Shown here: positions 23,857-33,872 of the stretch, piece after piece | Numbering within the stretch: position 1 is the first letter of the stretch | Layout: every line of letters begins with the position of its first letter | Source of the DNA: Acidobacteriota bacterium | Lineage (GTDB): Bacteria; Acidobacteriota; UBA6911; RPQK01; JAJDTT01 | Length of the DNA: 64,000 bases | Direction of reading: 5' to 3' | NCBI GenBank assembly: GCA_965209055.1 | Contig: OZ242374.1 | Span: 1,312,001 to 1,376,000 of the forward strand | Notes under the pieces: generated by a model | The model's input: the letters and a program-made list of their open reading frames with translations, nothing else | What the model was told of the DNA's origin: nothing | Database searches by the model: none | Position numbers and translations under genes: made by a program

Positions 23857-26157
23857 TCACATCAGGTTCACCGGGTCCACGTCCACGGAGACCTGCTTCA
23901 GGTTGGCCCCTTCCCGGGAGAGATCCTCCCGGCTCGAACGGACGACTTCCAGGGCTTCCGGACGGCGGACCGCCTTGATCAGAATCTGGAATCGGTATTC
24001 CCCCTTGATCCGCTCCAGCGGCGCCGGGGCCGGTCCCAGGATCCGCAGCCTCTGATGGGCGCCGATTCGTTTTCGGTGCTCCAACAGGCTCCGGCCGAGC
24101 CGGTGGGCCAAATCGAGCGTCGAACCCCGGTCCCGGCCCTGGACCAGAAGGCTGACCAGGGCCGAGAAGGGCGGGTATTGGAATCGGCGCCGGAACTCGA
24201 TCTCCTCCTGAAAGAACAGTGGGTAGTCCTGCCGGCGGGCCGCCTTGAGACTGTAGTGGTTGGGATAGTAGGTCTGGATGACGACCCGGCCGGCACGCTC
24301 CCCCCGTCCGGCCCGGCCCGCCACCTGGGTCAGGAGTTGGAAGGTCCGCTCGGCGGCTCGGAAGTCGGGCAGCCTCAAGCCCTGGTCCGCGCTCAGTACG
24401 CCGACCAGCGTGACTCCCGGGAAGTCGTGTCCCTTGGCGATCATCTGGGTGCCCACCAGAACATCGGTCCGGCCCCGGCGAAAGTCCGACAGGATCCGTT
24501 GCAGGCTTCCTTTGCGCCGCACCGTGTCCCGGTCCAGGCGGCCCACCCGGGCTTCGGGAAACAGTTCCTGGAGCGCCTCCTGCACCTTCTCCGTCCCTTC
24601 CCCCAACAGGTGAATGTACCGCTTGCCGCAATCCCGGCAGCGGGCGGGGAGCGAACGGGTGAACCCGCAGTAGTGGCAGAGGAGCCGATTCCGGTCACGA
24701 TGGTAGGTCAGGCTGATGCTGCAGTTCCGGCAGCGCTCGGTGTTCCCGCAGCTCCGGCAGAGCAGAGCCGCGGAATAGCCCCGGCGATTGAGCAGGAGCA
24801 GCGCCTGGTCGCCGCACTCCAGGCTCTTCCGGAGCGATTCCCTGAGCAGGTCCGAGAGGATCAGCGCCTTGCCGTGCTTCTGAAACTCCAGTCTCATATC
24901 CACGACCTCGACCTGGGGCAGGGAGCGGTCCAGAACCCTGCGAGGCAGGACCTCCGGCCGGGGGCGTCCCCGGTCCCGGGACACGTGGTAGATCTCCAAC
25001 TGCGGCGTGGCGCTCCCCAGCACCACCAGGGCCTGCTCCAATTGTCCGCGTTTCAACGCCGCGTCCCGGGCGTGATACCTGGGCATTTCCCCCTGCTTGT
25101 AGGAGGAGTCGTGCTCCTCGTCCACGATGGCGATTCTCAGGTCGGGAACGGGAGCGAAGACCGAAGACCGGGTGCCGATCACGACCCGGGCCTTTCCCTC
25201 CCGAATACGCAACCATTGGTCGAACCTCTCCCCCTCGGAGAGGGCGCTGTGAAGAATGGCCACCTCCGAACCGAACCAGCCCCGGAACTGGTTGGAGATC
25301 TGGGGGGTCAATCCGATTTCGGGCACCAGCATCAAGGCGCTCCCGCCGGTTCGAACCACCTGGGAAATGGCGTTGAGATAGACCTCCGTCTTGCCGCTTC
25401 CCGTGATTCCATGGATGAGCATGCTGTGAAAGCCGCCGCCGGACAGCCGCCTTCGAATCTCTTCCAGGATCCTGCTCTGATCCGGGTTCAACGAATGACG
25501 CTTGACCGGCGGGGGCGGGTCCGAATCGAGCCACGGGGAGCGGTAGACCCGCTCCGGCTTCAGCACCACGGCGCCCCGTGCCGCCATCGCCTTCAGCGTG
25601 CCGCGGGTGGTGCCGGCCTCCCGGACGAATCGGGACACCGCGACCGGGAGCTTCCGGGCGCGCAACAGTGCCAGGAGCTCCCGCTGCCGCCTCGTCAGAC
25701 CGGATTCCCGGGAGGGATCGACGCTCCGGATCGCCATCCGGGTCTTGACCGGCCAAGACCGGGAGACCGTGGAGGAGGGCTTCGACAGCAGGCCCGGGGG
25801 AAGCATGCTTTGCAGGACTTCTCCCAGAGGCGAGAAGTAGTACCGCGCCACCCATTGGCCGAGACTCAACAGTTGGGGAGAAAGGATGGGGTCCCGATCC
25901 AGGACCCGCTCCAGATTCTTCAACTCCAGACCGGTGACCCGCGGTGAACCGGAGACGACGATGCCCACCAGTTTCCGGTGGCCGAAGGGGACCAAAACCC
26001 GGGTGCCGGCGGCCGGCGGCGTCTCCATCCGATCCGGAACCCGGTAGGTGAACTCCCGGAAGAGCGGGAGAGGTACCGCAACCTGGACGTTCCGGTCCTG
26101 CTCGGGGTCTCGGCCGGGGGCAACTTGGGGGCTCGCGGGCATGAGAAACTCGGCCAA
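23857..26157 (-). CDS. priA: Primosomal protein N'
   Basis: GITGSGKTEVY, LVPEIGLTPQ, DEEH, GSATP, NRRGY, Zn-finger CxxC motifs, GTQMIAKGHDF, QVAGRAGR. Confidence 0.97.
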   Translation of the reverse strand: MAEFLMPASPQVAPGRDPEQDRNVQVAVPLPLFREFTYRVPDRMETPPAAGTRVLVPFGHRKLVGIVVSGSPRVTGLELKNLERVLDRDPILSPQLLSLGQWVARYYFSPLGEVLQSMLPPGLLSKPSSTVSRSWPVKTRMAIRSVDPSRESGLTRRQRELLALLRARKLPVAVSRFVREAGTTRGTLKAMAARGAVVLKPERVYRSPWLDSDPPPPVKRHSLNPDQSRILEEIRRRLSGGGFHSMLIHGITGSGKTEVYLNAISQVVRTGGSALMLVPEIGLTPQISNQFRGWFGSEVAILHSALSEGERFDQWLRIREGKARVVIGTRSSVFAPVPDLRIAIVDEEHDSSYKQGEMPRYHARDAALKRGQLEQALVVLGSATPQLEIYHVSRDRGRPRPEVLPRRVLDRSLPQVEVVDMRLEFQKHGKALILSDLLRESLRKSLECGDQALLLLNRRGYSAALLCRSCGNTERCRNCSISLTYHRDRNRLLCHYCGFTRSLPARCRDCGKRYIHLLGEGTEKVQEALQELFPEARVGRLDRDTVRRKGSLQRILSDFRRGRTDVLVGTQMIAKGHDFPGVTLVGVLSADQGLRLPDFRAAERTFQLLTQVAGRAGRGERAGRVVIQTYYPNHYSLKAARRQDYPLFFQEEIEFRRRFQYPPFSALVSLLVQGRDRGSTLDLAHRLGRSLLEHRKRIGAHQRLRILGPAPAPLERIKGEYRFQILIKAVRRPEALEVVRSSREDLSREGANLKQVSVDVDPVNLM

Positions 26158-26235
26158 GTGCGAAACGTCCCGCCGGCGCCGGCCCTGGTCACACCAAGGC
26201 CGATCCCGGAGCCGGGATCGAACAGGCTACCGGGG

Positions 26236-26886
26236 TCACGGTGCGTAGTAGGAGCTTCCCAGTTCGGTCAGCTTGGCCCGGATCGCCTTCATGTCCTCCC
26301 AGACCTCCCGTTTGGCCCTCGGGTTGCGAAGCAGATAGGAAGGGTGGAACGTGGGAATCAGAAGACCTTCCCGGTAGGGGTAGAACTTGCCCCGGATCCG
26401 GGATATGGCGGTCTGGGTCTGAAGCAGAGTCTGGGCCGCGTACCTGCCCAGGGCCACGACCAGGAGCGGATCGATGGCCTGGATCTGCTGGAAAAGAAAA
26501 CCCTCGCACGATTCGACCTCGTCCGGTTGGGGATCCCGGTTTCGGGGCGGCCGGCACTTGAGGATATTGGCGATGTAGACCTGTTCCCGCTGCAGGCCGA
26601 TGGACTCGATGATGCGGGTCAGGAGCTGACCGGCCCGGCCGACGAAGGGGATCCCCTGGGCGTCTTCGTCGGCTCCCGGAGCCTCTCCCACGAACATGAG
26701 GTCGGCTTCGGAGTTGCCGACTCCGAACACGATGTTTTGGCGCCCCCGGTGCAGTTTGCACCTCGTGCACTCCCCCATCTCCTCCCGGATGTCCGGAAGA
26801 GTCGGAACCCGATTCAGGTTTTTCAGGTTGAGATGGGTCACTCCCAACTCACTGAAGAAGTTCAGTTGTTGGACCAGTTCACGCAT
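26236..26886 (-). CDS. Uracil-DNA glycosylase family 4
   Basis: [39 protein letters not shown]. Confidence 0.95.
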   Translation of the reverse strand: MRELVQQLNFFSELGVTHLNLKNLNRVPTLPDIREEMGECTRCKLHRGRQNIVFGVGNSEADLMFVGEAPGADEDAQGIPFVGRAGQLLTRIIESIGLQREQVYIANILKCRPPRNRDPQPDEVESCEGFLFQQIQAIDPLLVVALGRYAAQTLLQTQTAISRIRGKFYPYREGLLIPTFHPSYLLRNPRAKREVWEDMKAIRAKLTELGSSYYAP

Positions 26887-26959
26887 GCTGGCCGATTCCT
26901 CGGGGATACCTTGGGTTCAGTCTACTACGAGGTGGTGCCAAAACCGCGTGGGAAAGCTT

Positions 26960-27850
26960 TTAAACCACACCGAACCGATCCAGGAGCCCCTCCCGGTTCC
27001 TCCACTCGGGCGCGACACTGACCTGCAACTCAAGCGCAACCCTGCGAACGCCCAGGAAACGCTGGATCTCCTTGCGGGCCCGCGTCCCGATGGTCTTGAT
27101 CATTCGGCCCGCCCGGCCGATGACGATCTTCTTCTGACTCGCCTTCTCCACCACGATGGAGGCCCGGATCACCACCAGGCCGTCGGTCCGCCGTCCTTCG
27201 TCGAACTCCTCCACCAGGACGGCGGTGGAATAGGGAAGCTCCTGCCGGGTGCAATCCAACACCTTCTCCCGAATGAGCTCTCCCACCAGGGATCGCTCCG
27301 GCTGGTCCGTCAGGTAATCGTCCGGATACTCGAATTCCCGTTCGGGCAGGTTCCCGGCGATCCGGTCCAGCAGGACCGCCAGGTTGTCCCCCTTGAGAGC
27401 CGAGATGGGAATGATCTCCCGGTAGCCGTGACGCTGGTGGTAGAACTCCATCATGGGAAGCAACCGCCCCTTGTTGATGAGGTCGACCTTGTTGAGCAGG
27501 AGGAGCGCAGGTTGCCGGATCCGGCGAATCAGATCCAGGACGTACTTCTCTCCCTTGCCGAAGCGCTCGGAGGCATCCACCATGTGGAGCACCAGGTCGA
27601 CGGACCTCAGCGCTTCGTAGACCGCCCCCATCATCCGTTCGTTGAGCCGATAGCCGGGGCGATGGACTCCGGGAGTATCCACGAAGATGATCTGGGAGTC
27701 CGCCCGGGTCAGGACCCCCAGAATCCGGTGTCTCGTGGTCTGGGGTTTGTCGCTGACGATGGAGACCTTGGAACGGATGAGGCGGTTCAGAAGGCTGGAC
27801 TTCCCCGAGTTGGGGCGGCCGATCAGGGCGACGAATCCTACCTTGGCCAC
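26960..27850 (-). CDS. era: GTPase Era
   Basis: [24 protein letters not shown] and a KH domain (ELPYS, IIGxxG-like). Confidence 0.96.
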   Translation of the reverse strand: MAKVGFVALIGRPNSGKSSLLNRLIRSKVSIVSDKPQTTRHRILGVLTRADSQIIFVDTPGVHRPGYRLNERMMGAVYEALRSVDLVLHMVDASERFGKGEKYVLDLIRRIRQPALLLLNKVDLINKGRLLPMMEFYHQRHGYREIIPISALKGDNLAVLLDRIAGNLPEREFEYPDDYLTDQPERSLVGELIREKVLDCTRQELPYSTAVLVEEFDEGRRTDGLVVIRASIVVEKASQKKIVIGRAGRMIKTIGTRARKEIQRFLGVRRVALELQVSVAPEWRNREGLLDRFGVV

Positions 27851-27857
27851 GTGCCGC

Positions 27858-29063
27858 TCACGCCACCTGTACCGGGCGGGATGCCAGCCGGTCCTGGATT
27901 CGATCCCACAGGAAGGCGGCCACCCGCCTCTTGGTGAGCAGCGGAGATTTCTCTTCCGCTCCCTCCGGGTCCAGCAACAACACCTGGTTGTAGTCCGACG
28001 CGAAACCTCGATCCGGACGGGAGATGTCGTTGGCGACGATCAGGTCCAGACGCTTCCGGCGCAGTTTTTCGACGGCGTTTCGCCGGAGACCGCTGGACTC
28101 GGCGGCAAAGCCCACCAGGAACTGGCCGGCTCGTTTCTTCTCTCCCAACTCCATGAGGATGTCCCGAACCGGTCGAAGCCGGAGCGTGCCGAGAGTGCCT
28201 TCGTCTTTCTTGATCTTCTCCCGGCATCGGCGGACCGGCGCGAAGTCTCCCACGGCGGCGGCCATGACGACGATCTGCGACCGCTCGAAGCGCCCGCCGA
28301 CGGCGGCGGCCATCTCTTCGGCCGACCGGACGGCAATCGATTCCACGCCCGGAGGAGGAGGCAGATGAGTCGGCCCCGAAACCAGAGTGACGCGAGCGCC
28401 GCGGGACTGGGCCTCCGCGGCGATGGCGTACCCCATCTTCCCCGAGGAACGGTTCGAGAGGAACCGGACCGGATCGATGTCCTCGACCGTGGGCCCGGCA
28501 GTAACCAGCACCCGCTTGCCTTCCAACCCCTTCCCCCGGCTCAGGATCCGCAGCGCCCGTTCGACGATGACCTCCGGCTCGGCCAGACGCCCCTCCCCCA
28601 CTTCTCCACAAGCCAGGTAGCCCGCTTCCGGCTCCACCACGGAGACTCCGTGCCCGCGCAGAATCTCCAGATTGGATTGCGTCGCGGGATGGCGCCACAT
28701 CTCGACGTTCATGGCGGGAGCCACGACGGTGGGAGTGACGGTGGAAATATAGAGGGTGCTCAGGAAGTCGTCCCCGATGCCGTGGGCGAACTTGGCCAGC
28801 GTGTTGGCCGTCGCCGGCGCCACCAGCAACAGGTCGCTGCTGCGGGCCAGGGCGATATGTTCGATGGCCGCCGAGGAATCCCGGAACAGGCTGTCCACGA
28901 CGCGGTTCCCCGAGAGCTTCTCCAGGGTCAGCGGCCCCAGGAATCTCTTGGCATGCTCGGTCATCACCGGGAGCACCTCGCACCCCCCCTCCTGAAGCAA
29001 TCTCAGGATGACGGCGGATTTATAGGCCGCGATGCAGCCGGTGACGCCCAGAACGATTCGCAT
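27858..29063 (-). CDS. coaBC: Bifunctional phosphopantothenoylcysteine decarboxylase/ligase
   Basis: [45 protein letters not shown]. Confidence 0.97.
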   Translation of the reverse strand: MRIVLGVTGCIAAYKSAVILRLLQEGGCEVLPVMTEHAKRFLGPLTLEKLSGNRVVDSLFRDSSAAIEHIALARSSDLLLVAPATANTLAKFAHGIGDDFLSTLYISTVTPTVVAPAMNVEMWRHPATQSNLEILRGHGVSVVEPEAGYLACGEVGEGRLAEPEVIVERALRILSRGKGLEGKRVLVTAGPTVEDIDPVRFLSNRSSGKMGYAIAAEAQSRGARVTLVSGPTHLPPPPGVESIAVRSAEEMAAAVGGRFERSQIVVMAAAVGDFAPVRRCREKIKKDEGTLGTLRLRPVRDILMELGEKKRAGQFLVGFAAESSGLRRNAVEKLRRKRLDLIVANDISRPDRGFASDYNQVLLLDPEGAEEKSPLLTKRRVAAFLWDRIQDRLASRPVQVA

Positions 29064-29069
29064 GGGAAC

Positions 29070-29303
29070 TCAGTAGGCTTCGCCGCCGTCGAATTCGATC
29101 GCGTCCGCTTCCTCGTCCGCTTCCTCCAGGATTTCCCAGGTGATGAGTCCCTGTTGCGCCTCCTGGATAGCGATGTGGGCCGGCTTCGGGGACTTCTCGT
29201 CGACCATGGGAGGGTAGCCGTTCTGTAGCTGCTTGGCTCTCTCGGCCGCCACCAGAATGAATCGGAACTTGCTGTCGTACTCGTCGGGAATGTCTATGAT
29301 CAT
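29070..29303 (-). CDS. rpoZ: RNA polymerase omega subunit
   Basis: SKFRFILVAAERAKQL..G...KP..IA..E; lies between gmk and coaBC. Confidence 0.92.
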   Translation of the reverse strand: MIIDIPDEYDSKFRFILVAAERAKQLQNGYPPMVDEKSPKPAHIAIQEAQQGLITWEILEEADEEADAIEFDGGEAY

Positions 29304-29926
29304 TGGGCCTCCTGGAACGTTCCTACCACCTCTTGGATCCGCCTGGTGTTCCGGACCGGGGCGCCGGAATCGGATTCGTGGGAACCGACCACCGATTTCA
29401 ACTCCAGCAAGGCGTCCTCAAGGGAATCGTTGATTATAGCGTATCGGTACTGGTTGTAGGCGCCAACCTCCTCGGCCGCCCGCTCCATGCGCCTCCGGAT
29501 GACCGCCAGGCGATCCTGCCCCCTGTGGGTCAGGCGGCGCTCCAGTTCCCGCCTGGATGGCGGAAGGATCAGGATCGTCAGCGCGTCCCGAACCTGATCC
29601 ATGATCTGGCGAGCCCCTTGCACGTCGATGTCCAGCAACACGTCCTTCCCCGAATCGAGACAGTCTCTGACCCACTCGCGGGAGGTGCCGTAGTAGTGGC
29701 CGTGAACCCGGGCATGCTCCAGAAACCGGTCACGGGCCACCATCTCGCGGAATTCGGGTTCGGAGACGAAAAAATATTCGACGCCGTGACGTTCGCCCTG
29801 CCGCGGCTGCCGCGTGGTGTGACTGACGGAGAAGCGGATCCGCTCGACCTGCTCCACCAGGGCCCGGCCCAGACTGGTCTTGCCGGCTCCCGAGGGGCCG
29901 CTCATAACGATCAATCTGCCTGCCAT
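29300..29926 (-). CDS. gmk: Guanylate kinase
   Basis: GPSGAGKT, SHTTR.PR.GE..G..YFF, YYGT, DIDVQGA. Confidence 0.97.
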   Translation of the reverse strand: MAGRLIVMSGPSGAGKTSLGRALVEQVERIRFSVSHTTRQPRQGERHGVEYFFVSEPEFREMVARDRFLEHARVHGHYYGTSREWVRDCLDSGKDVLLDIDVQGARQIMDQVRDALTILILPPSRRELERRLTHRGQDRLAVIRRRMERAAEEVGAYNQYRYAIINDSLEDALLELKSVVGSHESDSGAPVRNTRRIQEVVGTFQEAQ

Positions 29927-29992
29927 GGCGTGGATTCCGCCTCCGAAACGCTCGATGATCGGCCGGGCTCCCCGACGCCGGACCGCGAACCG

Positions 29993-30865
29993 TTATTCTA
30001 CATTCTGGACCTGTTCCCGGACCTTTTCGACCTCTCCCTTCGCCTCCAGGGCCAGGCTCGAGACGTGGGGCAGAGAGCTCTTGGCCAGGATGGTCGTCAC
30101 TTCCCGGTGCATTTCCTGGCACAGGAAATCCAGGTTCTTTCCCCTGGGTTCGGATCCCGGCTCCCGGAGCTGATGGGAGAAACGGCCCAGGTGGCTGCGC
30201 AAGCGGGTGATCTCCTCGGAGATCTCCGCCCGGGCGGCATAGTACGCGATCTCTTCGGCCAGGCGGCCCTGATCCGGAGAAAAGGAGAGGTTCATCTCCT
30301 CCAAGCGTTTCGTCAACTTGGCGCGAGCCAGATCGAACACCTCTGCGGCGTGACCTCCAATCTCCTTGACCGTCCTTTCGAGGGACTGGATCCGCGCCGT
30401 CAGGTCTTCGAGCAATCGCGCTCCTTCCGCCTGGCGGGCTTCCACGACCCGATCCAGGGCCTCGCCGGCCACTGCCAGCAGATCGTCGGCGCATTGTTGG
30501 ATCTCGGCTCCCGGCTGGTTGGCAACCAGCGTGCCGGACAGCCGCAGACAGTCGGCCGCGTCCAGCTCTCCGCCGACGCCCAGGGACCGGAGGCGCTCCA
30601 CCATCGCCAGGTAGTTCTTCACCATGTCATCGTCGATCCGGTAACGGGCCTGGGATTTCCAGGTGATCTCCAGCGACAGGTCCACCCGGCCCCGGCCCAG
30701 TTTCTCCCGGACGACCTGGCGCATTCGTGCTTCCAGGAACCTGGCTCCGTGCGGGAGTCTCAGCTTCATGTCCAGGTATCGGCCGTTGAGGGTCCGGACC
30801 TCCACCGAGACTTCCATGGTCTCGAGGGTCCTTTCCGCTTGTCCAAAACCGGTCATGCTGTACAT
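29993..30865 (-). CDS. yicC: YicC/YloC family endoribonuclease
   Basis: SMTGFG, N.RYLD, RGRVD, EEITRL.SH, GK.LDFL.QEM.RE, EK.REQVQNVE. Confidence 0.93.
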   Translation of the reverse strand: MYSMTGFGQAERTLETMEVSVEVRTLNGRYLDMKLRLPHGARFLEARMRQVVREKLGRGRVDLSLEITWKSQARYRIDDDMVKNYLAMVERLRSLGVGGELDAADCLRLSGTLVANQPGAEIQQCADDLLAVAGEALDRVVEARQAEGARLLEDLTARIQSLERTVKEIGGHAAEVFDLARAKLTKRLEEMNLSFSPDQGRLAEEIAYYAARAEISEEITRLRSHLGRFSHQLREPGSEPRGKNLDFLCQEMHREVTTILAKSSLPHVSSLALEAKGEVEKVREQVQNVE

Positions 30866-30881
30866 GGTCTCTCCGTCGGTT

Positions 30882-32669
30882 TCATGCTTGCGGTTCAGAC
30901 TGCAACCTGTGCAGCCGGCGGTAGGAGGCGGAGCGCTCCAGAAGAGTCTCATGACCTCCCACGTCCACGATCCGCCCCTCCTCCATGAGTGCGATCCGAT
31001 CCGCCAGGAGCACCGTCGACAGGCGGTGAGCGATGACCAGGGCGGTCCTCTCCCGGAGGAGATTCAGAAGGGCTTCCTGGACCAACCGCTCCGACTCGGC
31101 GTCCAGGGCGGAGGTCGCCTCGTCCAGAATCAGGATGGGGGCATCCTTCAGCAACGCCCGGGCAATGGCGACCCGCTGCCGCTGACCCCCGGAGAGCCGG
31201 GTTCCCCGCTCGCCGATGCGGGTTTCGTAGCCTGCGGGCAGGGTTTCGATGAATTCATGGATGAATGCCATGCGGGCCGCTCTTCTGACCCGGGCATCGC
31301 CGCAGCCGGGAAGCCCGTACGCGATGTTGTTCCGGATCGTGTCGTCGAACAGAAAGGTCTCCTGGGGAACGAGGGCGATCTGGCGCCGCAGGGAATGGAG
31401 GGAGACCGTCCGGATGTCCGTGCCGTCGATGGAGATCCGTCCCGAAGAGGGGTCATGGAAACGGGGAAGAAGGCTGGCCAGAGTGCTCTTGCCGGCTCCG
31501 CTGGTCCCCGCCAGCGCCAGGATCTCGCCGCGGGCCAGATTCAGATTGATCCGCCGCAGCACGGAAACGTCGCCCTGCCGGTAGCGGAAGGAGACGTTCT
31601 CGAAGGCGACGGTTCGGGAAAACGGGGCGATTTCAACGGCCGCGGGAACCTCTTTCACCCCGATTTGCGAGCCCAGCAGGTCGAAGATCCGGCTGGACGC
31701 TGCGAAAGCCTGTTGAAAATTCAGGTGCATTCTGGAGAGTTTCCTGACCGGCTCATAAAGGCGAAACAGGGCCGCCTGGAAAACCACCAGGATCCCGATC
31801 CCCAGTCCTTCCTGAACCTGCCGGTTGGCGTAGAACAAAAACGGCACGAAGGAAGCGTATCCGAGGAACTCGACCATGGGCGATGCCAGGGCCGAGAGCC
31901 GGGCCCCCTTGAGATTGGCGTGGACCAGATCGCCGATGGAGCGGCGAAAGCGTTTCTTCTCGTAGTTCTCCATGCCGAAGGCCTGGACGATCTTCTGGCC
32001 GGCCAACGTCTCCTGCAACAATTGGGACAGCCGCGCCAGGTTTTCCTGGCTCTCGTGGCTGACGCCCTTCATCTTCCGTCCCAGGCGTGCCGCCAACCCC
32101 AGCACCACCGGAGCCATGAGCAGCGCCAGCACGGACAACACCCAGTTGATGTAGACGATCAGTCCCAGGAAGAACAGCAGGAGAAACACCTGGCGCAGGA
32201 AGTCGGTCAGCGACTTGCTGGCCGCTTCCAGCACCCGTTCGGTGTCGTTGAGCACCCGCGACATGAGCTGTCCGGTGGGTTGATCGGAAAAGAAGGCGGC
32301 GGACTGGTGAAGCAGCCGCCCGTAGAGCCGATTCCGCAACAGGGCCACCACATTCTGCCCGCTGTAACTCATGAGGTACTCGGCAAAATAGAGGAGGACT
32401 GCCTTGAGCAGGGACAACCCGACCAGGAGAAAGGCGATCTGGTGAAGGCTGCCGGCGCCGACGCCGCCCAGGTGTTCCTGCAGAAAATCAAACTTGGTCC
32501 GGACCGCCCCTGCCGTTCCGGCCTCCGGAGCCAACTGGTCGAAGATCGGCTTCAACAGCACCGTGATGAGCCCGTCCAGACCGCCGCTGACGAACAGCAG
32601 AACGAAGCCCAGGAACAGCCAATGGGCGGTCGGCAGGATGTAGGGAATCAGCTTTCGCAGGTCCGGCAC
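30882..32669 (-). CDS. msbA: MsbA-like ABC transporter (membrane domain plus ATPase)
   Basis: Six-TM ABC membrane domain, [31 protein letters not shown]. The msbA name is inferred from similarity and nearby LPS genes. Confidence 0.8.
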   Translation of the reverse strand: MPDLRKLIPYILPTAHWLFLGFVLLFVSGGLDGLITVLLKPIFDQLAPEAGTAGAVRTKFDFLQEHLGGVGAGSLHQIAFLLVGLSLLKAVLLYFAEYLMSYSGQNVVALLRNRLYGRLLHQSAAFFSDQPTGQLMSRVLNDTERVLEAASKSLTDFLRQVFLLLFFLGLIVYINWVLSVLALLMAPVVLGLAARLGRKMKGVSHESQENLARLSQLLQETLAGQKIVQAFGMENYEKKRFRRSIGDLVHANLKGARLSALASPMVEFLGYASFVPFLFYANRQVQEGLGIGILVVFQAALFRLYEPVRKLSRMHLNFQQAFAASSRIFDLLGSQIGVKEVPAAVEIAPFSRTVAFENVSFRYRQGDVSVLRRINLNLARGEILALAGTSGAGKSTLASLLPRFHDPSSGRISIDGTDIRTVSLHSLRRQIALVPQETFLFDDTIRNNIAYGLPGCGDARVRRAARMAFIHEFIETLPAGYETRIGERGTRLSGGQRQRVAIARALLKDAPILILDEATSALDAESERLVQEALLNLLRERTALVIAHRLSTVLLADRIALMEEGRIVDVGGHETLLERSASYRRLHRLQSEPQA

Positions 32670-32696
32670 GCAGGGATTCTAACCGGAACGGGAAAA

Positions 32697-32831
32697 GGAG
32701 GGGCGATTTCAAAATCGCCCGGTTCCCCATCGTTCACCAACGCCCAAAGAATCGGCGGTTGGGAAACCGCCGCCCCGGTGTGAGAATCGGCGGTTGGGAA
32801 ACCGCCGCCCCGTTGGGAAACCGCCGCTACC
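32697..32831. repeat. Cluster of REP-like palindromes
   Basis: Hairpin gggcgatt-tcaa-aatcgccc (32701-32720); two identical 30-mers agaatcggcggttgggaaaccgccgccccg (32748-32777, 32783-32812); a third partial copy ending ctac (GTAG on the minus strand). Confidence 0.8.
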
Positions 32832-32832
32832 G

Positions 32833-33828
32833 TCACCACTTCCAGCCGGACCTCAACTCGTCGTTGATCACCGCCCCTTCGGGCCAATCTCCCTGCCGCA
32901 GGGCGATGACGCACTCGGCGGCTTCCATCCCCATGGCGATCACCGAGGCCTCGTCGCCGCCCGCCTGGTGAGACGTGACCAGAACGTTGGACATCCGCAG
33001 CAGGGGATTGTCCGGATCCGGCGGCTCCTGCTCCATGACGTCGAGACCGGCAGCTCGAAGCCGCCCCGACCTCAAGGCTTCCAGCAAGTCCGTCTCATTG
33101 ACCAACGGACCTCGAGCCGTGTTGATGAGAATGCTCCCCGGCTTCATTCGATCGAACGCCTCCTTCCCGAAGAAGTGCCGGGTCCGGTCCGTCAGCGGAC
33201 AGTGCAGGGTGATGAAATCCGACCTCTCCAGGAGTTGTTCGAAACTCAGCAGTTCGATGCCGTGGGCGCGAACGAATTCCTGGTCCGGGAAAATCTCGTG
33301 GGCCACCACCTTCATGCCCAGCGGGATGGCCCGGACCGCCGTGCTGCGGCCGATCCGCCCCAGCCCTACGATTCCCAGGGTTTTTCCTCTCACCGTGCCC
33401 AGCGTCCGGCGCGGCCATCGTCCCGCCGCGATCTGCCTGGAAGTGGAGACGATGGAGCGGACCGTGGCCAGCAGCAGGGTGATGGCGTGCTCGGCCACCG
33501 CCTCATGATTGGCCGAGGGCGTCACCGTGACCGGGATTCCCCGCCGGGTCGCGGCGGCGACGTCCACCCGGTCGAAACCGACGCCGGCCCGGGCGATGAC
33601 TCGCAGTTCCGGTAGACCGTCCAGGACCGCAGGCGTGAAATACTCCCCGCCCGCGATGATGGCCTCGATCCCCTTCAACTGACGGATGGTCTCCTCGTCA
33701 CCCGTCAGACCCATGACCAATTCCGGGTTGGTGGGATAGCGCACCTCGAAGCCGGCCCGTTCCAGAAGGCCGGCGAAGGGAGAAGGCCGATGCTGCATGC
33801 TGGTGGGGGTGATCATTACTTTCGGCAT
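32833..33828 (-). CDS. D-isomer-specific 2-hydroxyacid dehydrogenase (phosphoglycerate dehydrogenase-like, no ACT domain)
   Basis: RAGVGFD, GIVGLGRIG, LHCPL, INTARG, GLDV.EQEP, TSH. Confidence 0.9.
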   Translation of the reverse strand: MPKVMITPTSMQHRPSPFAGLLERAGFEVRYPTNPELVMGLTGDEETIRQLKGIEAIIAGGEYFTPAVLDGLPELRVIARAGVGFDRVDVAAATRRGIPVTVTPSANHEAVAEHAITLLLATVRSIVSTSRQIAAGRWPRRTLGTVRGKTLGIVGLGRIGRSTAVRAIPLGMKVVAHEIFPDQEFVRAHGIELLSFEQLLERSDFITLHCPLTDRTRHFFGKEAFDRMKPGSILINTARGPLVNETDLLEALRSGRLRAAGLDVMEQEPPDPDNPLLRMSNVLVTSHQAGGDEASVIAMGMEAAECVIALRQGDWPEGAVINDELRSGWKW

Positions 33829-33872
33829 GGTTTTTTCCTCGATGAATGGTCCGATTCACTTGCCGCGGGACG

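Noticed and set aside
32748-32831. Palindromic 30-bp direct repeats as a CRISPR array
   Set aside because: Only 2.5 copies, a 5-nt gap instead of spacers, no cas genes, and the same motif occurs singly elsewhere.
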